DNA of 63,694 nucleotides, the filler included, from Octopus bimaculoides (Eukaryota): NCBI RefSeq assembly GCF_001194135.2. It is 4 parts of 4 records of this genome, joined end to end, with 100 filler letters (N's around TTAATTAATTAA, not from the genome) between each part and the next. Parts side by side here need not be neighbours in the genome. Positions count along the whole stretch, not along the records: positions 24,220 to 54,437 come from NC_068982.1; positions 54,538 to 62,527 come from NC_068998.1; positions 62,628 to 63,694 come from NC_068981.1; 1 more part is not named here. The stretch is one strand, 5' to 3'. Positions 52,250 to 63,694 of this stretch are shown piece after piece; the first letter of the stretch is position 1; each line of letters begins with the position of its first letter. The position numbers were made by a program, and so were the translations under genes. A model generated the notes under the pieces. The model worked only from the letters and a program-made list of their open reading frames with translations. It had not been told where the DNA came from and ran no database searches.

Positions 52250-52776
52250 CACGTGACCATCGCGTAAAACGATGTTGTGCGTATAGTGGGACTTTGAAGG
52301 TATTATCCATTACGAATTGCTTGAACGGAATCAAACGGTCAACGCGGAACTCTATGTTCAACAGATGGAACGACTCAATACGGCTATTCAAGAGAAAAGA
52401 CCTAATCGTCAGCATGGTGTTCTGCTGCACGACAACGCTCGCCTCATATCGCCAATATGATTAAGGAAGCCATTCAAACGCATGGTTGGGAAGTGCTGCC
52501 ACACCCGCCGTACTCTTCTGATTTGACACCAACGGATTTCCACCTCTTTCAATCTCTTTCAAATGCAGAACTGAGAGCTTGGCTGGATCAATTTTCCGAG
52601 TCGAAATCGGGCGATTTCTAGCAACGGCGTATTGAAAATCTTGTTGAACGTTGGGAAGAAATTGTAAACAACAAGAATGAGTACATTATTGCTTAAATAG
52701 TTGCTATTTTTTATTAAACCTTCTTAAAAATTTAAATTTAAAGAAAAACGGCCGGAACTTAGTTGCCAACCCAATA
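52250..52776 (+). mobile_element. Mariner (DD34D) transposase 3' remnant with right TIR
   Basis: KTMLCV*WDFEGIIHYELLERNQTVNAELY...LHDNAR/HIANMIKEAIQTHGWEVLPHPPYSSDLTPTDFHLF, with 34 residues between the 2nd and 3rd Asp. Ends agttgccaacccaa-TA. Confidence 0.85.
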
Positions 52777-53314
52777 ATACTAGAGGGAAAGTTCACCACA
52801 GATACGACACCAAAATTAATTTCCAGCATCAAAGTCCAAGTATAGCACCTATAATCGCCTATTTCGAAAATACTTAAATGTACGGGTGACGTTATGTACG
52901 CATGATACCTTCAGGTCTAATCTGTTATTAATCAGGTTGTTCTTCTCCCTATACTTACAAATCTCATGTTTCCACAGAGCACAGCTCACACCCGTATCGA
53001 CTATCTCTATAAGGCTGCGCTTTTCGTATTATATCCTATTTAAGGCTAAATTCGATTTCGCTTTCCTTCAGTTCTCAAATCTTGGTAGATAAGGACGCAC
53101 AATTGGCTTTATGTTTGAGTTTAAACGATGAAAAATAGTTATTAATTTGTGTTTTCATATTTATCGAACATCCTATATATATATAAAGTTACCAGCTTCA
53201 GTTATGGTTGTACATTTATAAATTACGTCTATTGGATTAGACATCGGCCTAATTACAAGCAGGAAAATTACTACTATTAATATTATTGATATTCCTGTCA
53301 TCATCATCATCATC

Positions 53315-53349
<35 letters not shown>

Positions 53350-53356
<7 letters not shown>

Positions 53357-53950
53357 TTATGTTTGACTTTTGTTTTGCATTTGTACAAGTTGGATCCAAG
53401 TCTCACCCAGAGACCTCAAGAGACAACAAGTTAGAAGTTCATGTAGGTGTTATGCCTAGGGTACCATATGTTTGGATTTGTACATAGTGTTGTTCTAGAG
53501 AATGTTTAAGAAGCCATAAGAAAATTGTGCTTGTTTTAAAATTTGAAATCACATAGACAGTATTTTACGTAGGATATGGGCAGTTCCCATGAGCACTATC
53601 TTTTGAACTTCAGCCATTTTGGGGTTTTCTGGTATCTGAGCTAGGTAGTAATAAGCCCGTTTCACTGTCATTCCCAGGGCACCTATGACAATAGGTATTG
53701 TTTTAGTCTTCAGGTTCCACATTTTGCTAATTTCTATTTCAAGGTCTTTATATTTGCTCAGTTTTTGGTAGGTCTTGACAGATACGTTTATATCGATTGG
53801 GACAGTCATATCAATGAGGAGGCATGATTTTTGTCTGAAGTCTTTCAGTATGATGTCTGGCCTATTTGCATCTATCTTTCTGTCAGTTTGAATGATATGT
53901 TCCCACCAGTTTTTATCATGGGGCAAGTCCGCTGGAAATGTACTACAGTG
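53350..53950 (-). mobile_element. Dong/R4-like LINE 3' end A (restriction-like endonuclease + 3'UTR)
   Basis: IQTDRKIDANRPDIILKD...CLLIDMTVPIDIN...KLSKYKDLEIEISKMW...IVIGALG (PD..D RLE motif). The 3'UTR runs into (TAA)n. Confidence 0.85.
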
Positions 53951-54437
53951 CCAGCTGTTCACTGCCAGTGAACTAAGGTAACACCTCTTATTTTTCGAAC
54001 ACCTTTCGGAGTATTCGAGCGGTTCCAAGCAGTGCTGTTTTCTGCAAGTGCTCCACCCTTATTGCAGCCCCTATTTGTTCCCCGTACTTCTCGAGATTTT
54101 TGCTCACTGTTCCCAAGGCTCCGACAATTATTGGTACTACTGCTATCTTTTTCATCGACCACAACTGCTTAACTTCCCAAGCTAACCTGTCATAGCTCTC
54201 AACTTTTCTTTCTTCCTTATGGCTCATCTTGTTGTCAGCTGAACATGCCATAACTATGATCCAGCATAGTTTGCTTTCTTTCTCAATTAAGACTATGTCC
54301 GGCTTCCTATTTTCTATCTCATGGTCGCACTGAATCATAAAATCCAATAGGATCTTTGCATTTCTATTTTCGATGATACCTTCAGGTTTGTGGTGCTACC
54401 AAGTTTTTGTTCTGTCAAGTCCATACTTGTTGCAGAG
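53950..54437 (-). mobile_element. Dong/R4-like LINE 3' end B (second, divergent RLE domain)
   Basis: DFMIQCDHEIENRKPDIVLIEK...KVESYDRLAWEVKQLW...IIVGALGTV...TARILRKV*. Truncated by a gap. Confidence 0.85.
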
Positions 54438-54972
54438 NNNNNNNNNNNNNNNNNNNNNNNNNNNNNNNNNNNNNNNNNNNNTTAATTAATTAANNNNNNN
54501 NNNNNNNNNNNNNNNNNNNNNNNNNNNNNNNNNNNNNATATATATATATATAGACGGATATCCCCACATAGACAAATATAATCGCACGCTTATATGTAAA
54601 GGAAGTCTATTTATATTTCTCAATAGACTCCTGTTGGTTTGGCTCGTATTATATTCCATGCTCAGAGATTTCAAATAAACGATGCTTAGCCTGTGCTGTT
54701 AGATTTAGCATTGATTCGTTTCCATTTGTTTTTTAATCAGTTCCTCATTTTATTTGTATTGCTGTTCATTGCCACCATTTTAGTTGTTGAACTTCATACA
54801 ATGGAAATAATACCAATTGAATTCAACACGCACATAAAGCTTTGTGTGTGTATTTGTGTGAATACCTCTATACACACACACACACACACACACGTACACA
54901 CACAGACGCACACACACAGACACAGACACACACACACACACATACATATAGACATATAAGCATATATGAACA

Positions 54973-55013
<41 letters not shown>

Positions 55014-55674
55014 CAAATGAAAGACAGAAGATGGAATATTCGAGAATTTATTATTAATCACGACAATTGTTTCAACACACCCAGTACCGATTCCTCTTGG
55101 GTGGGACACTCAACAGCTGGTTCAGGAGCATCCGGTGGTGCAGATGTATCTCGTCGGGTGATAAATAAATAAATACAACTCGTTAAAATGACTGTTCCGC
55201 AATGTAGCTTTCGGTATCGTAGAGAGAAAAACACCCAGACGGAGGAAATATCTTCATTTATATAGAAGATCAAAAATAAAATCACAGATGACAGAAAGAG
55301 AAACGAACACGCAATCCAGCGAGAAAAGTATTAAGAATAACTGTTAACTGATATGGATGTGTAAACGCTCTGAAGCAAGTGCATGGCGCGAGTATACTCG
55401 CTCACACAAGCATCCGCAAAAATGTGAGCATACACAAAACGTGAGGTTTGGTGCACTCATGATCACAAAGCGAGTTAGCTATTTACTTGGTGTTTATAAA
55501 AATGGGAAGGTTAAAAGTAAACTTCAGTCATCCATGCCTTAAATTAAATTAAATTAAGTTAACGATTACTCAAAATTCATTCTCACTGCACTGTGCGAAA
55601 GTACATTTATATGCGTGTAGGCATCTCGAGAGTCGTTCAGAAATTCTAGTAATTATCTTCTCGTTAGTCCGCAG

Positions 55675-55730
55675 AATAGACAGGGATTCCTCGGAGCAGA
55701 GGTGGCATCTCCTGGAAATTATATTGTATG
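55675..55730 (+). CDS. Candidate exon, phase 0 start (NRQGFLGAEVASPGNYI[V])
   Basis: ttctcgttagtccgcag|AAT. Possible donors are GTATGG (after 55725) or GTATTG (after 55730). The sequence is GC-richer than its flanks. Confidence 0.25.
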
Positions 55731-56284
55731 GTATTGCAACATTTTACATATAGGTGTGTGTGTGTGTGTGTATATTTGTATGTATATATGTATGTATGTA
55801 TGTATGCACGCACACACACACACACACACACATACACAGAAACTCACACACACACACTAATACACTCACCTTTGTATATTTGAGATCTTTTTGTCTTTGT
55901 TTTGTTTCATTCTTAACCAATTCTCTATCATTAAGTAAAGATTCTGGCAACCTTCTAATAGTATATTAACAAGACAGCCAGCAAAGCGAACGCAATAGAA
56001 TATTCAAAATGCCATTTGGCTTATTTCTGATAATTTAGCTTTGAGGAACATTAGAATATTGTCAAGTATGACCAAGCATTCAATCTAATAACAATATTTT
56101 GATAAAGGAATAAGCAATCATTGAGTGAAGTCTCTTTTCTTCTATTATAATATAGTTAATAGTGTACGATAGCATTTAGCTAATAAAGGTTTATCACTCT
56201 CACGGATCGAAGCATCGTAAATGTAGTTATTATGTAATTATTCATTATTTCTTCCGTTAATATGGTTTTGTGAATATGATGTGG

Positions 56285-56710
56285 TGTAAAAGCTGTGGAC
56301 TGACAGAAACGTTAGCACGCCGGTCGAAATGCTTAGCAATATTTCGTCTGTCTTTACGTTCTGAATTCCAATTTCGCCGAGGTCGACTTTGCCTTTCATC
56401 CTTTCGGGGTCGATTAGATAAGTACCAGTTATGCACTGGGGTCGATATACTCTACTTCATCCGTTTGTCTGTCCTTGTTTGTCCCCTCTGTGTGTAGCCC
56501 CTTGTGGGCAGTAAAAAATTAAGAAACGTTAGCACGCCGGGCGAACTGCTTAGCGGTATTTACGTTCTGAGTTCAAATTTCACCGAGGTCGACTTTGCCT
56601 TTCATCTTTTCGGGGTCGATAAATTAAGTAACATTTGCGTATTAGGGTCGATCTAATCGACTGGACATCCTCCTCAAACATTTCGGGCCTTGTGCTTAGA
56701 GTAGAAAAGA
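56285..56710 (+). mobile_element. Two tandem Nin-like-core SINEs
   Basis: Twice: gaaacgttagcacgccgg...gttctgagttcaaatt...gaggtcgactttgcctttcatc...ggggtcgat. Confidence 0.8.
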
Positions 56711-56711
56711 A

Positions 56712-56830
56712 TATGGCGTAGTTTAATGGTTAGGGGGCTTGACGCTTGACTATAAAGTAGTTGGTTCAATTCTTACACGAGGCGGTGTGTTGAGTCCTTT
56801 AGCAGGGCACTCCATTCCACGTTCCACCTC
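56712..56830 (+). mobile_element. tRNA-like SINE head fragment
   Basis: tggcgtagtttaatggttagg...ggttcaattc...gagtcctttagcagggcact. Confidence 0.5.
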
Positions 56831-56984
56831 TTTATTTAGTTTAGTGCGCATCAACCAGTTGCTAGTGCAGCTCTATCGTTCAACTTCCAGTTATCATATC
56901 GTTTATATTCTGCTGGGTGAGGTATCACTGACATGTGTTCGCGACTATATAGGTACTCAAAGCAATTAGAAAAAGTATAGGAGC

Positions 56985-57490
56985 GGATGTGAGGTAAGAA
57001 CCTTGTTACCCAATCACATGGTTTCGGATTCAGTGTCACTGCGTAGCACCTTGAGCAAGTTTCTTCTAGTATAGCCTCAGGCCGACCAAAGCCTTCTGCG
57101 TGAATTTGGTTGACAAAAACTGAAAAACCCCGTCGTATATATATATATATATATATNNNNNNNNNNNNNNNNNNNNNNNNNNNNNNNNNNNNNNNNNNNN
57201 NNNNNNNNNNNNNNNNNNNNNNNNNNNNNNNNNNNNNNATATATATACGTGTGTGTGTGAGTGTATGTGTGTGTTTGTGTGTGTGTATGCATTTGTGTGT
57301 CTCTGTTTGTCCCTCCACCATCGCTTACAACCGATGCTGATGTGCTTACTTCCTCGTAACTTAGCGGTTCGGCAAAGAGACTGGTAGAATAAATAGTAGA
57401 CTTACAAAGAATTAGTCCTGAGGTCGACTTTTTCGACTAAAAAGGCGGCGCTCCAGCATGGCCGCAGTCAATTGACTGAAATAATAAATG
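56985..57490 (+). mobile_element. Full-length microsatellite-containing SINE
   Basis: Head - caccttgagcaag...ccaaagcc...aactgaaaaaccccgtcg - (TA)n/gap/(TG)n - gtttgtcc...gtaacttagcggttcggc...ctccagcatggccgcagtc..tgactgaaat. Confidence 0.8.
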
Positions 57491-57809
57491 AATTTTCAAG
57501 CCATAATCGTCCACGATAGGAGGGAGAATATACTGTGATGTGTTCTTATTCTTTTCTCTTTATTTTATGTGGCGAATTGGCAGAGTCGCTAGAACTTCGA
57601 ATATAATGTCTTGCGATATTTAATTCCATTCTGCAAGGTCTGCGTTGAGACATTAACTTTACCTTGCTGATTTTCAGCTCTCTTTGTATCGTAAAGAATC
57701 AGCTGCCTAAAGGACATTGTAGATCACTCAAAATGATTCCTGGTCCAGAAATAAAGCTTTGAGTGTGCCGAGTGGCATCTAACAGCGTCTTCACATATCA
57801 ACATTGCTT

Positions 57810-58200
57810 TCAAATTGCTGGTACAAGGCCGGCAGTTTTGTAGGAGTCTATTACTGGTACTTATTTTATCGACTCCGAAAGGATGACAGGTGAAGTAAAT
57901 CTCGGCGGAATTTGAGCTCAGCCAGAACGCGAAGGTGGACGGAAACTCGCAAGGCATTCTGCCTAGCGTCCTAATCTTTCTACAACTTCATCAGCTTAAT
58001 ATTGGTTTCACTTTTTGGCCCAAGGCCAGCAGTTTCGGGAGAAGGAATAAGTTGATTATATCAACCCTAGCGATCAACTGGTACTTATTTTATCGATCTC
58101 GAAAGAAGGAAAGGCAAGGTCGACCGCGGTGGAATTCGAACTCAGAATGTAAAAACGGACGAAATACCGCTAAACATTTTATCTACGATAACAACAATCC
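57810..58200 (-). mobile_element. Two tandem Nin-like-core SINEs in reverse orientation
   Basis: Twice: ctggtacttattttatcga...gaaaggatga...gtcgacc...gaatt(t/c)ga. Confidence 0.75.
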
Positions 58201-59559
58201 TACCTGCTAGCCGCCATTATCTTAATAATGATATTTTACTGGAACCGTTTAACACGGTATCGATGTGCAGTTAAATACAAAAGGGGAGGAATAAAGAAGA
58301 TTGTATATTATGTTAACAATACTACATGTAATGATATACTCTGATATAACAGGAATAACTTGCCAAAGTAGTAGTGTGCAGCAGAAATACGTCTCACACT
58401 TATTGCTTCGAGACATGGCATAGCAGTTAGTGAAGTTAGTGTTGCTTTCCAGTTATCACAACGGTAAGAGCCGGGACACGCCTTGAGCTTTTTGTTGGAA
58501 CTTCTGTCAACCTGTACAAGTGAGGGGTTATTTTGTAGCCTTCTGAACTTCTGTACAACATTATATCAAGTATCATGGTGCAAATGTACCTAAAATATGG
58601 AATTCATATAAATGGGATCAATATCAAAAGATATTGCGAGGAATCAAGTATGGTAATTAATTGGTTTTATCACAATGTATCACAAAGTATTTGTGGTTTT
58701 TACTCTATTCAATCTGGTAAAATAAAACCAGATGCTAACTATATTTGACTTGAACTAAAAATGTAGAGAGACAAACAAACACCCAAAAAAGCCCCCCCCC
58801 CAAAAAAAAAAATCTGTAAAATATTTGAAATAGAAGCATTTCGTTTGGCGGTCTATATCAGTCAGCTAACCTGTTTCATGAATCATTTCAATATTATTTA
58901 GTGGAGAATCAAAATGAAAAAGTGAAATTAAGATAAAAATATTTAGAAATGTTATTACTAATTATGTATTTGTGTAACTTTTGAAAGAAACTTTATTGGT
59001 CATCGTAGATCTTATGAATAGAATCCAATTCTTTGATACGGTAGTTTTCCATTGTACATTACAATTTCCTTCCAATTAATCTAATGCCAATTATTCAATT
59101 GTCACAACTTTCTAATTCTTCTTGATGCAACATTTTCAATGATTGATTTCTTTTGATTATGCATTAGACCGAATAAATATTTAATCGAATAAATGAGGTT
59201 AAATACAACATCATGAGACATTTGTTCCTTTTTCCCAATTGCATCATATGCTTAAGTGAAAGAAACGCTTTCACACGGGAGTCAACTGGCATTGAAATCT
59301 CGGCTGGTTGGGGAATTATTATTTGCATAATTATATTAAATATCCGTATGATGGTGTGACTTATGCCAATGACAGATATCATTAATATTAATAGTCATGA
59401 TTTTGCGTGTGAATTAGTGACAGTAGAAAGTTGAGTTGTCCTTTTATTTTATTTAATATCGATACAGAACGTCCGCAGGTCACATCGCACAGGGTTCGGT
59501 TTGATCTCACATCCTCACCTCATACATCAACGGTACACTATATATAAATCATTTACAGG

Positions 59560-59801
59560 GAATGTTTCAGAAGACATTATCAGTCTTCTAGCATTTGAGG
59601 ATTTGTGCTAGTGAATGAAATGGTTTTCAACGTGAATTCTCTCCCTGCCCGATTACGATTTCTGTTCGATTTTAATGCACGAACTGTTAAACACTATCGG
59701 CTTCCAAACACTATCGGCTTCCACCTTCGAAATCACGAGCAAATGCATTTCATTTCGTGGTGAAAATGGGGTCATGAATAAAAAAGGTTTAAGAAGCGCT
59801 G
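59560..59801 (-). mobile_element. Possible hAT/Charlie-like deletion derivative
   Basis: Terminus (minus strand) CAGCGCTTCTTAAACCTTTTTT. ALKSNRNRNR...STNPQML weakly resembles a hAT dimerisation domain. The second TIR was not found. Confidence 0.3.
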
Positions 59802-59821
59802 ATGTATAATAATAAAAAATA

Positions 59822-59871
<50 letters not shown>

Positions 59872-60624
59872 TCTCTCCCAAGAAGGACGATCAATGGATA
59901 CGTTGGATTATTCCACACCTAGAAGCAGAGGAATTCATCGTAATATACATTTATTCATCGATTTTATGAATTGACTTTAGCACAGGTTAATTCTGGCATT
60001 CGGGTTTTAGGAGTGTAAATTAGAATATANNNNNNNNNNNNNNNNNNNNNNNNNNNNNNNNNNNNNNNNNNNNNNNNNNNNNNNNNNNNNNNNNNNNNNN
60101 NNNNNNNNNNNNNNNNNNNNNNNNNNNNNNNNNNNNNNNNNNNNNNNNNNNNNNNNNNNNNNNNNNNNNNNNNNNNNNNNNNNNNNNNNNNNNNNNNNNN
60201 NNNNNNNNNNNNNNNNNNNNNNNNNNNNNNNNNNNNNNNNNNNNNNNNNNNNNNNNNNNNNNNNNNNNNNNNNNNNNNNNNNNNNNNNNNNNNNNNNNNN
60301 NNNNNNNNNNNNNNNNNNNNNNNNNNNNNNNNNNNNNNNNNNNNNNNNNNNNNNNNNNNNNNNNNNNNNNNNNNNNNNNNNNNNNNNNNNNNNNNNNNNN
60401 NNNNNNNNNNNNNNNNNNNNNNNNNNNNNNNNNNNNNNNNNNNNNNNNNNNNNNNNNNNNNNNNNNNNNNNNNNNNNNNNNNNNNNNNNNNNNNNNNNNN
60501 NNNNNNNNNNNNNNNNNNNNNNNNNNNNNNNNNNNNNNNNNNNNNNNNNNNNNNNNNNNNNNNNNNNNNNNNNNNNNNNNNNNNNNNNNNNNNNNNNNNN
60601 NNNNNNNNNNNNNNNNNNNNNNNN

Positions 60625-60687
<63 letters not shown>

Positions 60688-61519
60688 CGTGTGTGTGTAT
60701 GTGTGTGTGTGTATGTGTGTGCGTGCGTGTGTGTGTGTATGTATATGTATATATATGTATATATGTGTACATGTATATGCGTAGACACACATTAAAATGT
60801 GTGTGCGTGCGTGAATGTGTGTGTTTGTGTGAGTGTGTGTGTGTGTGTGTGTGTGTTTGTGTGCGTGTCTGTGTTAGTATGACAAGAAAAGATATCGCAA
60901 GGTATCTTGTTCGAGAACAAAAATGCATTCCCCATTACAAGGCAGGTGATATAAATTTACCCTCTCTGTGCAAATAGATCGTGTTGTTAATAGATATATA
61001 TATATGAAAGCACAACACGTAAGAGGTTTTTCCCCTTCTGGTCGCTAAATTTCTTTCCCTTCTTCGTGTTTCCAATACAATTAAAAGTAAACAAAATAGA
61101 AAATATCGAAGATAATTAAGTATAATGTTAATTTTAATTTGAAATGATTCTGATGTTTTCATTTCCTTGCTTCGATCTCTTCACTCCTTTCCCCCACAGT
61201 TAAGAAAGTAAGAAAAAACAAAGAAAAGACCATCGATCGTATATAATCCCTAAGGGCTTCAAATGAATGAAGACAAGGTAATTTCATTATCTCAAGATAC
61301 CTTCTACCGAGAAGTCCATAATAAAGTTGAAATGGCGCTATCTCCAACTGCTAGGACACCGAAAAAATGAATTATATGGAAATATTATTTCATACGCTCT
61401 CTCACTCATAAGGATAAAAAAAAGACCCATCATAATATAAAGAAAAATTTATAAACCATAAGGGATTCTAAAAGAGAATCCTCATCCTTTTCTCTATCTC
61501 TCAGTAAACTGTCGTCCCC

Positions 61520-61749
<230 letters not shown>

Positions 61750-62488
61750 CATGAAAACAACTATAGTGGCAGTAGAAATAGTTCCCAGTCAAATTCTCGC
61801 CCACCCCACATATATATAGCTCAAATTTATAGAAAAACAAAGAACTATAGGATTCTAGTTTAGCCTTACTGCATATTATGAACTCTTCTAAAACTTTATA
61901 TTTTATATATATAGCCTCGTAATATACATTGTGCCGTAATATATTTTAACTTCATATGCCCGAAGAGAATGGTCCGATCAAACATTCGATTTTTATTAAA
62001 TTATTTAACCCACTATTTCTTTTAAAATTTCAACTTTGTGATTCTATTAACTCTGATGAGATAAATATAGAATATTGTTATGGTTGGAGTTAGCTCATCC
62101 ATAGCAACCTATATCTATTCGAAACGGCCGTAAGACTTTATACATGTTCCAAACTACTTATGAATCAGTTTACAACTGCTTTACTTTCCTCTTCATTCGG
62201 ACTTTGCAAGCACATTTATGGACTTAAACCTTTTTATATACTTACATTTATGAATTTTTATGCCTTTATAATTTTTTCTATGTGTATGAAGTTTTATATA
62301 TTTATAAATTTTCGAGTATATGTGTGTATTTATAAATTCATAGAAATTTTTTTTATATATCATATAGATGAATGCATCTATGTATGCACTTTTTATACCA
62401 TGGGGATTTTTGTTAATATGGATTGAACGAATATATACATTAACCTTTGAATTTGTTTTCTCCTCTTCTTAATTATATATATATATAC

Positions 62489-62527
<39 letters not shown>

Positions 62528-62629
62528 NNNNNNNNNNNNNNNNNNNNNNNNNNNNNNNNNNNNNNNNNNNNTTAATTAATTAANNNNNNNNNNNNNNNNN
62601 NNNNNNNNNNNNNNNNNNNNNNNNNNNAT

Positions 62630-62996
62630 TATTTTCCTTCATGACAGAATTAATAGTCTGCACCAGTTCACACAGCTAAAGTTGTTACTGAATGGCACAA
62701 GGAACATTCTAGTGAAGTTGAACATCTTATCTGGCCACCGCAGTTCCCAGATCTCAATATTATTGAACATTTATAGTGCATTTTAGAAAAACAAGGAGTC
62801 GATATCCTCCACGATCATCACTACAAGAACTGGAGACTGTTTTAGCTGAAGAATGGACAAAAATTCCTTTAGAAACAATTCAAACTTTGTACGAGTCCAT
62901 ACCTCGTAGAATTCAAGCTGTAATTACTGCCTAAGGCCATATTAAAATAATTTTTTTTTTAATTTTAAGGTGTTTCCATTATTTTGTACATCTGTA
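62630..62996 (+). mobile_element. Tc1 (DD34E) transposase 3' remnant with right TIR
   Basis: EHLIWPPQFPDLNIIEHL...LQELETVLAEEWTKIPLETIQTLYESIPRRIQAVI. Ends gtttccattattttgtacatctg-TA. Confidence 0.8.
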
Positions 62997-63194
62997 CATA
63001 TATGTGAGTGTGTGTGTGAACTTTACATTTTACTTTCAGGGTCCATAAAGTACCAGTTAAATACTGGTATCAATATAATTGAATATATCCCTCCCTTTAA
63101 AAGTATATGATGCTCTGTCAGTACTAGGATCTTATGAAATTAATTAATATGAAAATTGGTTTAAAAGAAAAGCTATAATACGCAATATTTTCAG

Positions 63195-63244
63195 AAACTT
63201 AATATATGGGTATAAGACGTGGGTTGATGCTATGGGGGAGACAG
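63195..63244 (+). CDS. Candidate 50-nt exon (NLIYGYKTWVDAMGET)
   Basis: atattttcag|A AAC TTA ... ACA G|GTGAGT: consensus donor, purine/G-rich relative to flanks, with this frame open. Confidence 0.35.
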
Positions 63245-63657
63245 GTGAGTGTAGTAGTCAAATTATATCTACCTTATTGAAGGGTGGGTAAATGGGTAAT
63301 TTATCCCATTTCAGACTTAAAGTCATAGCACTGAGATACACTGTAACAGCAAAACATGAAAATTTTATTTTGGTGTCGTATCGCAAAACATCTACACTAG
63401 TTGGATTCTACTGTTTCTAAATACTGTGCGCCAATGATAATGAAGTGCTTACCATTCAATTCCCACAATTATCAACAAGAGTTGTTACAAGTTTTCTGTC
63501 GTCCGATGAAACCCAGAATTTTTGTTGTTGTTGTGTGTGTGTGCATGTGTGTGTGTGTGTGTGTGAGTACGTTCGCGCGTCTGTGCATGCGTGCGTGTGT
63601 GTGTGCGCGCTCATACATACATGCATATCTTTCTATCTCTATCTGTCTATCTATCTA

Positions 63658-63694
<37 letters not shown>

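Noticed and set aside
59164-59382. Hydrophobic ORFs on both strands
   Set aside because: No recognisable family and no convincing splice-site pair.

Overview
AT-rich, microsatellite-dense eukaryotic genomic DNA with many N gaps. The repeat landscape (tRNA-derived SINEs, Dong/R4-like LINEs, Penelope-like remnants, mariner/Tc1/maT, Helitrons) and the TTAATTAATTAA gap linkers point to an octopus draft assembly; this is inference. The only confidently identified gene is a 3-coding-exon, minus-strand TCTE1/DRC5 orthologue (22308->15912, 1497 nt, 498 aa + stop; an LRR subunit of the nexin-dynein regulatory complex). Its splice sites are canonical and its exon phases are consistent. Most interesting observations: (1) a tRNA-Arg-derived SINE whose tail contains a minimal Penelope-type hammerhead ribozyme motif, present as a head-to-head fold-back pair at 42.8-43.3 kb; (2) a second hammerhead-like motif in a Penelope 3' end at about 0.95 kb; (3) an intronic inverted repeat that would base-pair over a candidate plus-strand micro-exon and its acceptor at 44.2-44.4 kb, resembling an ADAR editing-complementary sequence; (4) a chain of short, partly phase-compatible candidate plus-strand exons that may belong to an unrecognised host gene enclosing TCTE1; (5) pre-miRNA-sized hairpins; (6) a degenerate 36-bp minisatellite; (7) a TIR element carrying telomeric repeats. 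No prokaryote-type system (CRISPR, operon) is present. Repeat boundaries are approximate and all family calls are by motif recognition, not database search.
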